64,000 nucleotides of DNA from contig CBDIIB010000005.1 in the NCBI GenBank assembly GCA_965279525.1, forward strand, positions 352,001 to 416,000, read 5' to 3'. Source of the DNA: Tagaea sp. Lineage in GTDB: Bacteria > Pseudomonadota > Alphaproteobacteria > CACIAM-22H2. The first letter of the stretch is position 1; each line of letters starts with the position of its first letter. The position numbers and the translations under genes were made by a program. The notes under the pieces were generated by a model. That model had not been told where the DNA came from. It searched no databases and saw nothing but the letters and a program-made list of their open reading frames with translations. This document shows, one piece after another, positions 19,161 to 30,016 of this stretch.

Positions 19161-19201
19161 AGGCTACGTTCCAGACCTGCTCTTTTTGAGGAAATCCGCT
19201 C

Positions 19202-21220
19202 ATGGCCGCGAAGAAGAAGCCCGTCAAGAAAGCCCCCGCCAAGAAGGCCGTCAAGAAGCCTGACCCCAAGAAAGCAGCGGCCAAGAAGCCGGTCGCCAAG
19301 AAGGTGCTGCCCAAAAAGGTCGTCGCCAAAAAGCCGGCGCCCAAGCCGGTCGCGAAGAAGGTCGCCGCCAAGCCGGCCCCCAAGCTGGCGGCCAAGAAGC
19401 CCGCCCCCAAGATCGTCGCGAAGCCGGCGGCAAAGCCGGTCGCCAAAACCGTCGCCGCGAAGCCGATGCCTGTCGCCAAGCCCGTCGCCAAGCCGGTCGT
19501 GGCCGCCAAGCCCGTGCCGGTGGCAAAGCCGGTCGTGGCCAAGCCGGTGGCCCCGCCGCCGCCGCCCAAGCCCGTCGTCAAGCCGCCCGTGAAGGGGCCC
19601 GGCGGCACGGTGCTGCCCGACGACGGCGTCAAGCTCGACGCGAAGATCACGCCCGACCAGCTGACGATCCTCACGCCCGAAGCGCTCGCCTTCGTCGTCG
19701 AGCTCGAGCGCAAGTTCGGTGCCCGCCGCCATGAACTGCTCGCCGCGCGCGTCGAGCGCCAGAAGCGCCTCGATGCCGGCGAGCGGCCCGACTTCCTGCC
19801 GCAGACGCGCTCGGTGCGCGAGGCGGAATGGACCGTGGCCCCGCTGCCCAAGGACATCCTCGACCGCCGCGTCGAGATCACCGGGCCCGTCGACCGCAAG
19901 ATGGTCATCAACGCGCTCAACTCCGGCGCCAACGTGTTCATGGCCGATTTCGAGGATGCCTCGACGCCGACCTGGGCCAACCTGATCGAGGGCCACGTCA
20001 ACCTGCGCGACGCCAACGCCGGCACGATCGCGTTCACCGATCCCAAGACCGCCAAGGCCTACAAGCTCAACCCCAAGCATGCCGTGCTGTTCGTGCGCCC
20101 GCGCGGCTGGGCGCTGCCCGAGAAGCACCTCACCGTCGACGGCAAGCCGATGTCGGGTTCGCTGTTCGATTTCGGCATGTACTTCTTCCATAACGCCAAG
20201 CAGCTGCTGAAGAAGGGCTCGGGCCCGTATTTCTACCTGCCGAAGATGGAAAGCCATCTCGAAGCGCGCCTGTGGAACGACGTGTTCGTCCACGCGCAGG
20301 AGAAGCTCGGCGTCAAGCGCGGCTCGATCAAGGCAACAGTGTTGATCGAGACGATCCTCGCCGCGTTCGAGATGGACGAGATCCTCAACGAGCTGCGCGA
20401 GCACTCGGCCGGCCTCAATTGCGGGCGCTGGGACTACATCTTCAGTTTCATCAAGAAGTTCGCCGAGCAGCCCAACTACCTGATGCCCGACCGCGGCCAG
20501 GTGACGATGACCTCGCACTTCATGCGCTCGTACAGCCAGCTGCTGATCAAGACGTGCCACCGGCGCAACGTGCACGCGATGGGCGGCATGGCCGCCCAGA
20601 TCCCGATCAAGGACGATCCGGCCGCCAACGAGGCCGCGATGGCCAAGGTGCGCGCCGACAAGGACCGCGAGGCGACCGACGGCCACGACGGCACGTGGGT
20701 GGCGCATCCGGGTCTCGTTCCCATCGCCAAGGCGGTGTTCGACGAGAAGATGAAGGACGCCAACCAGATCGCGCGCAAGCGCCAGGACGTGCATGTCGTG
20801 GCGGCCGACCTCATCCAGGTGCCGGCCGGCACGATGACGGAAGCGGGCCTGCGGCAGAACTGCGCGGTGGGCATCGGCTATCTGGAAGCGTGGCTGCGCG
20901 GCCTTGGCTGCGTGCCGCTCTACAACCTGATGGAAGACGCCGCGACCGCCGAGATCAGCCGCGCGCAGGTCTGGCAGCAGCTGCGCCACTCGGCCACGCT
21001 CGAGGACGGGCGCGCGGTCGACAAGGCGATGATGCGCAAGATCGTCGAGGAGGAACTCGACAAGATCCGCAAGTCGGTCGGCGCCGAACGCTACGGCAAA
21101 GGGCGCTTCAAGGAAGCGGCGAAGATGTTCATCGAGCTGTGCGAGGCCGACCGCTTCCCCGACTTCCTGACGATCCCGGCCTATGACTGGATCATCGCGA
21201 ACGAGTCGAAGATCGGGTGA
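19202..21220 (+). CDS. aceB: Malate synthase A with Lys/Ala/Pro-rich N-terminal extension
   Basis: [38 protein letters not shown] and [12 protein letters not shown]. The first ~130 aa are low-complexity K/A/P/V. Confidence 0.95.
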   Translation: MAAKKKPVKKAPAKKAVKKPDPKKAAAKKPVAKKVLPKKVVAKKPAPKPVAKKVAAKPAPKLAAKKPAPKIVAKPAAKPVAKTVAAKPMPVAKPVAKPVVAAKPVPVAKPVVAKPVAPPPPPKPVVKPPVKGPGGTVLPDDGVKLDAKITPDQLTILTPEALAFVVELERKFGARRHELLAARVERQKRLDAGERPDFLPQTRSVREAEWTVAPLPKDILDRRVEITGPVDRKMVINALNSGANVFMADFEDASTPTWANLIEGHVNLRDANAGTIAFTDPKTAKAYKLNPKHAVLFVRPRGWALPEKHLTVDGKPMSGSLFDFGMYFFHNAKQLLKKGSGPYFYLPKMESHLEARLWNDVFVHAQEKLGVKRGSIKATVLIETILAAFEMDEILNELREHSAGLNCGRWDYIFSFIKKFAEQPNYLMPDRGQVTMTSHFMRSYSQLLIKTCHRRNVHAMGGMAAQIPIKDDPAANEAAMAKVRADKDREATDGHDGTWVAHPGLVPIAKAVFDEKMKDANQIARKRQDVHVVAADLIQVPAGTMTEAGLRQNCAVGIGYLEAWLRGLGCVPLYNLMEDAATAEISRAQVWQQLRHSATLEDGRAVDKAMMRKIVEEELDKIRKSVGAERYGKGRFKEAAKMFIELCEADRFPDFLTIPAYDWIIANESKIG

Positions 21221-21225
21221 GGTCC

Positions 21226-21268
21226 CGGGAAACAGGTTACCACCGGTTACGGTAACCTGTTTATCCCG
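21226..21268. terminator. Inverted repeat downstream of aceB (terminator-like)
   Basis: Perfect 12-bp stem: AAACAGGTTACC (21230-21241) / GGTAACCTGTTT (21251-21262). Confidence 0.55.
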
Positions 21269-21447
21269 CTGGAATCGCTTGCAGGTAACTTCCGTGCGCG
21301 CGGCAACGTATGACTCCGACGTTCAGCATCGCGTGTGCATGCCATTAATTTCGCGGACGGATCGATGCGACACGCGACGTCGCATCGATCCGTCACGCAA
21401 ATCTTGCAGTCATATTCGATTGTCAAAGAGCACGTCCCGAGGGTGTG

Positions 21448-21476
21448 AATATATTTACACACCCTGCAATTGTCAA
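21448..21476 (-). promoter_or_regulatory. Sigma70-like promoter TTGACA-N17-TATATT
   Basis: Minus strand reads TTGACA attgcagggtgtgtaaa TATATT. An imperfect palindrome at 21441-21464 overlaps it. Confidence 0.6.
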
Positions 21477-21658
21477 GATAAATAGCCTATAATATTTCCG
21501 CCGGGACAAGCCCGGTAAAAGTCCAGCCGGGCAATGCCCAATGCCGCGACTTCCGGAACCATCCCTATGGAAGGATGCCGGATACGGCACGCGCGGAATT
21601 CGACTTGAATTATCCTTAGAGTGTATATAATTCAGCCGGGTAATCTGAGGTGTGTTAA

Positions 21659-22447
21659 ATGCTGAAGACTGTTTGCGTCATCGGTTCGATGCTGATTTCC
21701 GTGCTGGTACCGCAGTGCCTGGCACAGTCGATCCACGAGCAACCAAATGGCACCCGGATCCTCGGAAGCTTCCAACTCGGCTCGGTAACGGTTCCCCTGC
21801 CGCCGGGAGAGTGGGTCCTGAACGGGCGAGGCGTATTCACTGTGAACGCGTCGACCGGTCCTCTTAAGGTCGGCGAAGCCTATCTGTCCGAGTCGAAAGA
21901 CGGCAAGGTGACCCGCATCATCTACGCGCGCGCGAATCTGGGCGGGGAATCGACCGGAGGCGGATGGACTCGCGACAGGAACGTCTGCGACCGGGTCAAC
22001 GTGATCCACGCCGAGTTCGACCGGCACTTCAATCCCAAGGAAGCCAAGTGCTGGATGGTGACCCATTTCTTCGATGGAACGCCGAACAATCCGTCCGACG
22101 CCTTCAGGGAATTCTACGCGTCACTCGCACAAAGCAAGCTCGATACGCCGAAGCTGCGCCTCAGTGCGGTCTATTTCCTGACGGACGCGACGAACTTCGT
22201 CTACGTGAACTACGCGTTCAATCCAGAGATCGTCGGCGTTCCGCTGGGAAGTCTCGAGCGCTGGGATTCGAGCGAATGGAATATCTTGCGAATCAACCTG
22301 TTCCCCGACCGCGTGAAATTCGCCGGAACGATCAAGTCGTTCGGTGAAGCGATGCTTCCCTTCGTCGAAAAAGGCCTGCAAGGCCGCATCAAGGCCGGCG
22401 AGTACGTTCCCGTCACGATCGAAGGCTGGCCGACCGGCGCGCAGTGA
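21659..22447 (+). CDS. Secreted hypothetical protein
   Basis: GAGG RBS, signal peptide (..VPQCLA), 262 aa, and lower GC than its neighbours. Confidence 0.75.
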   Translation: MLKTVCVIGSMLISVLVPQCLAQSIHEQPNGTRILGSFQLGSVTVPLPPGEWVLNGRGVFTVNASTGPLKVGEAYLSESKDGKVTRIIYARANLGGESTGGGWTRDRNVCDRVNVIHAEFDRHFNPKEAKCWMVTHFFDGTPNNPSDAFREFYASLAQSKLDTPKLRLSAVYFLTDATNFVYVNYAFNPEIVGVPLGSLERWDSSEWNILRINLFPDRVKFAGTIKSFGEAMLPFVEKGLQGRIKAGEYVPVTIEGWPTGAQ

Positions 22448-22515
22448 CCGAGGCAGCCTGCCGCCGGCGGCAGACCAATTCCCGTGATCGGCAGGGTACT
22501 TCATGCAACCGAACT

Positions 22516-22548
22516 CGTGGATGCCCGGGACAAGCCCGGGCATCCACG
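22516..22548. repeat. REP-like palindromic element (partial copy at 21501-21515)
   Basis: Perfect hairpin CGTGGATGCCCGGG-ACAAG-CCCGGGCATCCACG. CCGGGACAAGCCCGG also occurs at 21501. Confidence 0.7.
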
Positions 22549-22561
22549 GCTTTTGTGATTT

Positions 22562-23263
22562 CTACCCGCCCGGCTTCAGCGCCGCCGCCCCCATCACGCG
22601 GCCATCCGCGCCCTGCACGAGCACGGCGAAGCCGGGGCCGGTTTCGGCCGGCACACGCCATTCGCCGGCGACCGTGCCGGCGACGCCCAGCGTTTCGACC
22701 GAGCGCACGATGTTGGTGTTGGCAAGTGCCCGCCCGCCATTCTCGCCGGTGGTCACGCGCGTGACGTGGGCGGGCACGAACGAAACGAGCTGCACGCTGG
22801 TGCGTCCCATCCCTTCGACCGGCCCGACCTGCACGACGAGCTCGCCCGCCTCGCGCACGAGCTTCACGTCGACGGTCTGGCGGGCGCGCGCCGCCGCGAT
22901 CGCGCGCGCGACGGCCCGGCGGTCGGAGCCGACCATCTCGGCCGTGCCGTCCACGACGGCCTGTGGCGTATAGACGGTGCGCAGGCCCAGCCTGTGCGCG
23001 TAGGCACGCTGGCGGGCCGTGGCCATCGGCGAGGAGAACGGGTCCTTCCAGCCGAGCCGGTCCCAGTAATCGACATGGAACGACAGCGCCAGCACGTCGT
23101 CGCGCCGGGCAAGCTCGCCCAGCAGCAGGTCGGCCGGCGGGCAGGACGAACAGCCCTGCGAGGTGAAAAGCTCGACCACGACCGGCCGGTCGGCCGCCGA
23201 AGCCGCAGGGATGGCGCCCAGGGCCGCAAAGCCTGCGAATGCCGCGAGGATATAGCTGTTCAT
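22562..23263 (-). CDS. DUF1223 thioredoxin-like secreted protein
   Basis: VVELFTSQGCSSCPPAD, HVDYWD.LGWKD and YTPQ. Confidence 0.9.
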   Translation of the reverse strand: MNSYILAAFAGFAALGAIPAASAADRPVVVELFTSQGCSSCPPADLLLGELARRDDVLALSFHVDYWDRLGWKDPFSSPMATARQRAYAHRLGLRTVYTPQAVVDGTAEMVGSDRRAVARAIAAARARQTVDVKLVREAGELVVQVGPVEGMGRTSVQLVSFVPAHVTRVTTGENGGRALANTNIVRSVETLGVAGTVAGEWRVPAETGPGFAVLVQGADGRVMGAAALKPGG

Positions 23264-23348
23264 GCCTTCCGGTTCGCGCGTCCGGCCCCCGGAGTTACGG
23301 GCGATTCCCTTTGAATCTCCCCGGAAAATGCGGTGAATATCGGCCGGC

Positions 23349-24293
23349 ATGACCGACCCCATCCCCAGCCGCCTCAACCGCACCGAACTGGCCGTTCCGG
23401 CCAGCCGGCCCGAGCTGTTCGCCAAGGCGGCCCGCTCGGCCGCCGACGTCGTGTTCCTCGATCTCGAGGACGCGGTCGCCCCGGGCGACAAGGCCAAGGC
23501 GCGCAAGAACGCGGTCGAGGGGCTCAACGACATCGACTGGGAGGCGGTCGGCAAGACCGTTTCCGTGCGCGTCAACGGCTTCGACAGCGAATGGCTCTAC
23601 CGCGATCTCGTCGATCTGGTGGAGAAGGCCGGCGACCGTCTGCACATGATCATGCTGCCCAAGGTCACGCGGCCCGAGGAGGTCATCGCGGTCGATCTGT
23701 GGATCTCGCAGATCGAGCGCGCGAAGAAACTCACGCGGCGCATCGGGCTCGAACTGCTGGTCGAGTCCGCGCAGGGCATCGCCAATGCCGAGGCGATCGC
23801 TTCGGCAAGCAGCCGGACCGAATCGCTCGTGTTCGGCGTGGGCGATTTCGCCGCATCCACCGGCATGCGCACGACCAATATCGGCGGCCTGTCGCGCCAG
23901 TACATGGTCGAGGGGCGCATGGCCGACATCTGGCACTACGCGCTCGCCCGCCTTGTCGTGGCCGCGCGTGCCGCCGGCAAGCGGCCGATCGACGGACCTT
24001 ATGCCGATTTCAACGATTCGATCGGCATGAAGGAATCGGCCCTGCGTGCGGCGGCCCTGGGCTGCGAGGGCAAGATGGTGATCCACCCCTCGCAGATCGA
24101 CGAAGTCAACGAGGTCTTCACGCCCGACCCGATGGAGATCGAGCGCGCGCGCGCGATTCTGCTGGCCATGGAAGAGGCCGCCGCGAAGGGCCAGGGTGCG
24201 GCCGCCTTCGAGGGCCGGCTCATCGACATCGCCTCGATCCGCCAGGCCGAGGCGCTGGTCGCCAAGGCGGCCCGGATCCGCTCGGGCATGTAG
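23349..24293 (+). CDS. mcl: Malyl-CoA/beta-methylmalyl-CoA lyase (CitE superfamily)
   Basis: RLNRTELAVPAS, DVVFLDLEDAVAP, YRDLVDLVE, DFAASTG.RTT.IGG and GK.VIHPSQI, as in Mcl proteins. Confidence 0.8.
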   Translation: MTDPIPSRLNRTELAVPASRPELFAKAARSAADVVFLDLEDAVAPGDKAKARKNAVEGLNDIDWEAVGKTVSVRVNGFDSEWLYRDLVDLVEKAGDRLHMIMLPKVTRPEEVIAVDLWISQIERAKKLTRRIGLELLVESAQGIANAEAIASASSRTESLVFGVGDFAASTGMRTTNIGGLSRQYMVEGRMADIWHYALARLVVAARAAGKRPIDGPYADFNDSIGMKESALRAAALGCEGKMVIHPSQIDEVNEVFTPDPMEIERARAILLAMEEAAAKGQGAAAFEGRLIDIASIRQAEALVAKAARIRSGM

Positions 24294-24342
24294 CGGGCGA
24301 ATGCTCGTGACCCCCCCTTCCCTTGTGCTATAGACCCCCGCC

Positions 24343-25296
24343 ATGGCGCACTATCTGGAATTCGAAAAGCCGATCGCCGAACTCGAAGGCAAGATCGAGG
24401 AGCTGAAACGCCTCACCGGCGACGGCACCCTCAACATCGCCGACGAGGTCGCGAAGCTTCAGGGCAAGGTCGACCGGCAGATCCGCGCGGTCTACGGCAA
24501 GCTGACCGCATGGCAGAAGGTGCAGGTCGCCCGCCATCCCGAGCGGCCGCACTGCTCGGATTACATCGCCGGACTGATCGAGGAATTCACGCCGCTCGCC
24601 GGCGACCGGCTGTTCGCCGACGACAAGGCGATCATCGGCGGCATCGGCCGCCTGCAGGGCCGCTCGGTCGTCGTGTTGGGCCACGAGAAGGGCTCGGACA
24701 CCGAATCGCGCATCAAGCACAATTTCGGCATGGCGCGGCCCGAGGGCTACCGCAAGGCCCAGCGCCTGTTCGAGCTTGCCGACCGCTTCAAGCTGCCGGT
24801 CGTCGCCCTCGTCGACACCGCCGGCGCCTATCCCGGCATCGACGCCGAGGCGCGCGGCCAGGCCGAGGCCATCGCCAAGACGATCGAGGTTTCCTTGCGC
24901 GTGCGCGTGCCCTTCGTGGCGGCCATCGTGGGCGAAGGCGGCTCGGGCGGCGCCATCGCCATCGCGTCGGCCAACAAGGTGCTGATGCTCGAGCATTCGA
25001 TCTATTCGGTCATCTCGCCGGAAGGCTGCGCCTCGATCCTGTGGCGTGCGGGCGACCAGGCGCAGACGGCGGCCGAAGCGCTGAAGCTGACGGCCCAGGA
25101 TCTCTACAAGCTCGGCATCATCGACGGAATCGTGTCCGAGCCGCTCGGCGGCGGGCATCGCGGCAAGGCCGAGACGATCGCGGCCCTCGGCGAAGCGATC
25201 GGCCGGGCGCTTGGCGAGATGAAGGGTGTCGACGGCGGCGTGCTGCGCGCGCGCCGGCGCGAGAAGTTCCTCGACATGGGCCGCAAGGGCCTGTGA
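24343..25296 (+). CDS. accA: Acetyl-CoA carboxylase carboxyltransferase alpha subunit
   Basis: [28 protein letters not shown] and GEGGSGGA. Confidence 0.96.
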   Translation: MAHYLEFEKPIAELEGKIEELKRLTGDGTLNIADEVAKLQGKVDRQIRAVYGKLTAWQKVQVARHPERPHCSDYIAGLIEEFTPLAGDRLFADDKAIIGGIGRLQGRSVVVLGHEKGSDTESRIKHNFGMARPEGYRKAQRLFELADRFKLPVVALVDTAGAYPGIDAEARGQAEAIAKTIEVSLRVRVPFVAAIVGEGGSGGAIAIASANKVLMLEHSIYSVISPEGCASILWRAGDQAQTAAEALKLTAQDLYKLGIIDGIVSEPLGGGHRGKAETIAALGEAIGRALGEMKGVDGGVLRARRREKFLDMGRKGL

Positions 25297-26282
25297 GCGG
25301 GCCGGGCGCCCTCTCGGCGCTTGCGGCTTCGATCCGCGCCGGCGACCGGCGCGCACTCGCCCGCGCGATCACGACGGTCGAGTCCACGCTGCCCGAGCAT
25401 CGCGTGCAGGCCGATGCCCTGCTGTCCGAGCTGCGGCCCCATTCGGGCCATGCGGTGCGCGTGGGCATTTCCGGCCCGCCGGGTGCCGGCAAATCCACCT
25501 TCATCGAGGCGTTCGGCCTGCATCTGCTGTCCCTGGGCCGGAAGCCCGCCGTGCTGGCGGTCGATCCGTCCTCGCCGGTTTCGGGCGGCTCGATCCTGGG
25601 CGACAAGACGCGCATGGAACTGCTGGCGCGCGATGAACGCGCGTTCATCCGCCCGTCGCCGTCAGGCGGCACGCTTGGCGGCGTGGCCCGGCGCACGCGC
25701 GAAGCCTCGTTCGTGTGCGAGGCGGCCGGCTTCGACACGGTGCTGATCGAGACGGTCGGCGTGGGCCAGTCGGAAACCGCCGTCGCCGAGATGGTCGATC
25801 TCTTCATGCTGCTGCTGCCGCCGGCGGGCGGCGACGAGCTGCAGGGGATCAAGAAGGGCATCGTGGAGCTGGCCGACCTCGTGGTCATCAACAAGGCCGA
25901 CGGGGACCTGTTGGCCGCCGCCGGGCGCACCGCGTCGGACTACACGGCCGCCCTCCACATGCTGCGCCCGGCCAACGCCGCCTGGCACCCCCCGGTCCTG
26001 AAGATTTCCGCCCTGGAACGGCGCGGGATCGACGGGGTCTGGACGGCCATCGAGGCGCACGGCAAGGCGCTGGGACCGGCCGGGATCGCGGCAAGGCGGG
26101 CCGCCCAGGCCAAGGCGACCCTGTGGCGGGAAATCGGCGATCTGGTGCGCGAAACCCTGACCGGGGAGCCGGCCCTCGCGGCCTTGGTAAAATCCCTGGA
26201 AACCAAGGTTTCCCAAGGGCTTGAAAGCCCCTACGGGGCCGCCGGGCGGGTCGTGGCGGCCCTGCGCGAAGGCGGCGGTTGA
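25293..26282 (+). CDS. meaB: Methylmalonyl-CoA mutase-associated GTPase
   Basis: [36 protein letters not shown] and NKAD. GTGA overlap with accA. Confidence 0.93.
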   Translation: MSGPGALSALAASIRAGDRRALARAITTVESTLPEHRVQADALLSELRPHSGHAVRVGISGPPGAGKSTFIEAFGLHLLSLGRKPAVLAVDPSSPVSGGSILGDKTRMELLARDERAFIRPSPSGGTLGGVARRTREASFVCEAAGFDTVLIETVGVGQSETAVAEMVDLFMLLLPPAGGDELQGIKKGIVELADLVVINKADGDLLAAAGRTASDYTAALHMLRPANAAWHPPVLKISALERRGIDGVWTAIEAHGKALGPAGIAARRAAQAKATLWREIGDLVRETLTGEPALAALVKSLETKVSQGLESPYGAAGRVVAALREGGG

Positions 26283-26362
26283 CGGCGCCCCCCGAAGCCC
26301 GTAAAACCGCGCCTCTTCGCTTTCGCCCCCCAAAGGGGGCCATTTCCACGGGGATTCGTAAC

Positions 26363-26656
26363 ATGGCGCGCCGCTGCATGGTTACCGGCAAGGGTCCGAT
26401 GGTCGGGAACAACGTCTCGCACGCGAACAACAAGACGAAGCGCCGCTTCCTGCCCAACCTGCAGGACGCCACGCTGCTGTCCGACGTGCTGGGCCGCTCG
26501 GTGCGCGTGCGCATCTCCACCAACGGTCTCAAGACCGTCGAACATGCCGGCGGCCTCGACGCGTGGCTGTCCAAGACTCCGGGCGCAAAGCTCGACAAGG
26601 AAATGCGCCGTCTCAAGGTTCAGGTCGAGACGGCCCTCGAGAAGCGCGCTGCCTGA
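26363..26656 (+). CDS. rpmB: 50S ribosomal protein L28
   Basis: MARRC.VTGK...[19 protein letters not shown]. Confidence 0.97.
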   Translation: MARRCMVTGKGPMVGNNVSHANNKTKRRFLPNLQDATLLSDVLGRSVRVRISTNGLKTVEHAGGLDAWLSKTPGAKLDKEMRRLKVQVETALEKRAA

Positions 26657-26717
26657 GCGGGCGGCGCGTGACGGTATAAGCAGAAAACGTCACTCCTTGT
26701 TTCCGATACAAGAACTT

Positions 26718-26750
26718 CGGGCCCGCCGGCGACGGCGGGCCCGCTTCATT
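26718..26750. terminator. Hairpin terminator between rpmB and the MCP gene
   Basis: CGGGCCCGCCG-GCGA-CGGCGGGCCCG followed by CTTCATTT. Confidence 0.6.
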
Positions 26751-26779
26751 TGAGCTTCTGCATACGATCGTAAGTCGAC

Positions 26780-28954
26780 CTAGCCCTGGCGCACGGATGC
26801 CAGGAACCGGTCGGCCTCGCTGCGCAGGTTCTCGCCAAGGCGCGCGAACTGGGCCGCCACACCCGACACGTTCGCCGCCGCGTCGCCCGTGCGCCCGGCC
26901 GCGTCGTTGACCCCGCCGATCATCGTCGAGACGCGCGCCGTCCCGTCGGCCGCGACCTCCAGATCGCGCCCGATCCCGCGCGTGGCGGCCGTCTGCTCCT
27001 CCACCGCCGCCGAAACCGCCGCCGCGATCTCGCGCATCTGGCGGATCGTGCGCGCGATGGTGCCGATGGCGCTCGCCGTGTCGCCCGTCGCCACGCGGAT
27101 GCTGTCGATCTGCTGGGCGATCTCGCCGGTCGCACTCGCGGTCTGGGTCGCCAGCGTCTTCACCTCGTTCGCCACGACCGCGAAGCCCTTGCCCGCATCG
27201 CCCGCGCGCGCCGCCTCGATGGTGGCGTTGAGGGCGAGCAGGTTCGTCTGCCCGGCGATCGCGTTGATGAGCTTGACCACGTCGCCCACCTTCTGTGCGG
27301 CTTCCTCCAGCGCCTTCACGCAGGCATCCGTGCGCTCGGCCTGCACGCCGGCCTCGTCGGCGATGCGCGCACTCTCGCCCACGCGCCGCGCGATCTCGTC
27401 GGTCGAGCCGGCAAGCTGCGTGGTCGCCGTGGCGACCGACTGCACGCTGGCCGCCGCCTGCCCGACCGCACCGGCGGCCGACGCGGTCTGGGCGCGGGTG
27501 TCCTCGGCCGTATGCGTCATCGATCCGGCGGCCTGCTCGAGTTCGGCCGACGAAGTTCCGATATCGCGCACGACGGCCCCGATGCTCGCCTCGAAGGCAC
27601 CGGCGAGCCGCTCAAGCGCTTCGCGTTTCTCGGCGTCGGCCGCTTGCTTGGCGGCCGCCTCGCGCCGGGCCGCGTCGCGCGCCAGAAGTGCGGCCGCGCG
27701 GAACGATTCCAGCGCCGCCGTCAGCGTGCCGATCTCGTCCGGCCGGGCGGGCGGAATCGCGGCGGCAAGATCGCCGCCGGCGATGGCGCGCATGCCGGCG
27801 GCAAAGGAGTCGAGGCGGGAAAGCACGCGCCGCCCGACATAGAACCACGCGATCCCGACCGCCAGCAGCAGGCTTGCGGCCGCGATCGCCGCGACAAGCC
27901 GGATGCCGTCGTCGATGGCACGCCCGGCATCCGCTGCCGCCGAACGGCCGGCGGCCTGTGCTTCGGCCGCGAGGGCATCCACCCGGACGACGAGTTCGGC
28001 CGATATGGCACGGCCCTGCTCGAGGGCGGCACGCGCCTGGCGGTCCATGTCGATTTCCTGCTCGCGCAATTCGAACAGGTTGCGGTAACCGTCGCCGAAA
28101 TCGGCGACGGTGAGCGCGGCATCCTTGAGCTCGGTCCCGTCGAGGCCTTCGACCTTCAGCCCCGCGAACACGGCATCGATCGCCGCAAGGAAGCGTTCGC
28201 GCACCGCTTCGAGTGCCGCAGGCGTATCGGCCGCGGTCGCCTCGTTGAGGATGGCGACCGACTGGTTGATGCCCGCCAGCGCCTTCATCGCGTTGTCGTA
28301 GACCACGAGATCGGTGTCCGCGAGGGCTGCGGCGCGCGCGGCAAGCTCGGCCGGACCGGCCTTCGCGAGACCGCCGATGCCGGACTTCAACGCCGCGGCG
28401 CGCGTCGCGACGAACGGGACGGCGAGTTCGACGAACCTGTCTTTCGCGGCGGCAAGCTGGGCTTCGAGCGTCACGCGCTCCGTCTGGCTGGCCACGCGCC
28501 GCTCGGCCGTCTTGTCGATCGCGGCGATCCGCTCGGCGACGGCGCCGGCAAGCTCGCGCAACGCCTGCACGTCCGTCTCGGCACCGCCCTGCCCGATCTC
28601 GACGAACAGTTCCGCGAGCCGCTCCTGGCTGCCGGCAAGCTTCGAGAGGATCTCGCTGCGGGCCTGTTCTTCGACGACGGACGCGAGAACCGGCGCGAAC
28701 GCCGAGATCTCCGCCGCGACCTGCGCCATGCGAAGCGACGCGGCGACGACGGGCATGCGCCGTTCGGTCATCGTCCCGATCGTGCCGCCCACGCCGGAAA
28801 GCAGCAGCGCCGCGACGAGTGCTGCGACGCCGGAGCCGGCGGCGATGGCGCCCATCGCGAGGAAGATCTTGAGGCGGATGCTCGAACGCAGCGGAACGCG
28901 GACTTCGTGCAAAGGGGCGGCAGGGCCTGACGGCGGCTCGGTCTGATCTGTCAT
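26780..28954 (-). CDS. Methyl-accepting chemotaxis protein
   Basis: Two TM segments, a HAMP domain (DEIG) and signalling tip [31 protein letters not shown]. Confidence 0.94.
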   Translation of the reverse strand: MTDQTEPPSGPAAPLHEVRVPLRSSIRLKIFLAMGAIAAGSGVAALVAALLLSGVGGTIGTMTERRMPVVAASLRMAQVAAEISAFAPVLASVVEEQARSEILSKLAGSQERLAELFVEIGQGGAETDVQALRELAGAVAERIAAIDKTAERRVASQTERVTLEAQLAAAKDRFVELAVPFVATRAAALKSGIGGLAKAGPAELAARAAALADTDLVVYDNAMKALAGINQSVAILNEATAADTPAALEAVRERFLAAIDAVFAGLKVEGLDGTELKDAALTVADFGDGYRNLFELREQEIDMDRQARAALEQGRAISAELVVRVDALAAEAQAAGRSAAADAGRAIDDGIRLVAAIAAASLLLAVGIAWFYVGRRVLSRLDSFAAGMRAIAGGDLAAAIPPARPDEIGTLTAALESFRAAALLARDAARREAAAKQAADAEKREALERLAGAFEASIGAVVRDIGTSSAELEQAAGSMTHTAEDTRAQTASAAGAVGQAAASVQSVATATTQLAGSTDEIARRVGESARIADEAGVQAERTDACVKALEEAAQKVGDVVKLINAIAGQTNLLALNATIEAARAGDAGKGFAVVANEVKTLATQTASATGEIAQQIDSIRVATGDTASAIGTIARTIRQMREIAAAVSAAVEEQTAATRGIGRDLEVAADGTARVSTMIGGVNDAAGRTGDAAANVSGVAAQFARLGENLRSEADRFLASVRQG

Positions 28955-29014
28955 GACGCGCGAAGTCTAGGCGCGTCGGGTAAACAATCTGTTATCTTAA
29001 ATTGTAGTACGTCG

Positions 29015-30016
29015 TCATGGCGCAACGCGGATCGTAAAGACCGCAAGTAGCGTCCGCTGGAGCAGGCTGTAGTTATCGTCGGACACGAGCCACAACAGAT
29101 CGGATCCGTCGGATGCGCGCGTCGTCGCAATACCTTCGTAGTTGTCGACGGCCAAAGGCGGGCGCAGGCGGGCCAGTTCAGCACCCTCCGTCACTGCACC
29201 TTCGCCCCAGGCGCCGGCGGCCACCCGCACGATGCGCGTGCCGAACCCGCCGAAGAACGAGAACGACCGCTCGAGTACGGCCGTGTCGCCGCCGGCAAGC
29301 GTGCATGCACCGACCGGCACGAAGCCCGGGGCCGCGCGATAGCCGATCTTCGTCCAGCCGCCGTTTGCACCGACGAAGCCGACATGCACGCCGTCCTCGA
29401 CGAGATCCTCGATGAGGAACAAGAAGCGCCCGTCGGCAAGCCGTGTGAGCGTCTCGATCCCGCCATTGCGCGGGGCGGCAGCGAGCGCCGGCGGCAGCGC
29501 CATCGCGCGCGGCCGCCGCGCGAACGGCGGCTCGGACGGCGGATAGACGAGGATGCGGTGCTGGCGCTCGAAGCTGACGGCAAAGCCGCCATCCGCCAGG
29601 CGGATCAGCCCTTCGGCGTCGGCGGCCGGCCCTTCCAGCACCTTGCCGTCCGGTCCGATCAGCCGGCCGAGCTTCGCGTGCGACAGGCCGCGCAGGGTTC
29701 CGTCGAACGCGATGCGCGCATCGAGCGTCCAGCCATTGTCGGAAATCGCGACCAGCCGCGAGGCATCGGACGAGACCCACAGGTCCGACCAGCCGCCGAA
29801 GCGCCGGTCGGAGGAGCCCAGCAGCAGGCCGCCGCGCCATTCGAGCGCACCGGCGGTCGTGCGGTCGGCGGTCGTCTCGTCGAAGGGGATGGGGGCCGCG
29901 TAGAGGGGGAATTCCTCGACGCCCGCGGCACGGGCGGCGGGAGCGAAGGTCCACGCGGCAAGCGCACCGCCCGCAAGGGCAAGTGCGCCGCGCCGCGTGG
30001 ACGCGACTTCGATCAA
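29015..30016 (-). CDS. Esterase-like activity of phytase family protein
   Basis: Tat-like TRRGAL, FGGWSDL, DAEGL, SFERQHR, DNYEGI and LVSDDN. TTGA overlap with the upstream gene. Confidence 0.85.
   Translation of the reverse strand: MIEVASTRRGALALAGGALAAWTFAPAARAAGVEEFPLYAAPIPFDETTADRTTAGALEWRGGLLLGSSDRRFGGWSDLWVSSDASRLVAISDNGWTLDARIAFDGTLRGLSHAKLGRLIGPDGKVLEGPAADAEGLIRLADGGFAVSFERQHRILVYPPSEPPFARRPRAMALPPALAAAPRNGGIETLTRLADGRFLFLIEDLVEDGVHVGFVGANGGWTKIGYRAAPGFVPVGACTLAGGDTAVLERSFSFFGGFGTRIVRVAAGAWGEGAVTEGAELARLRPPLAVDNYEGIATTRASDGSDLLWLVSDDNYSLLQRTLLAVFTIRVAP

Noticed and set aside
19202-19600. DNA tandem repeat or array
   Set aside because: The repetitiveness is explained by in-frame Lys/Ala/Pro/Val codons with synonymous variation.
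28955-29014. CtrA box upstream of the MCP gene (TAAA-N7-TTAT)
   Set aside because: Both half-sites deviate from TTAA; too weak to call.
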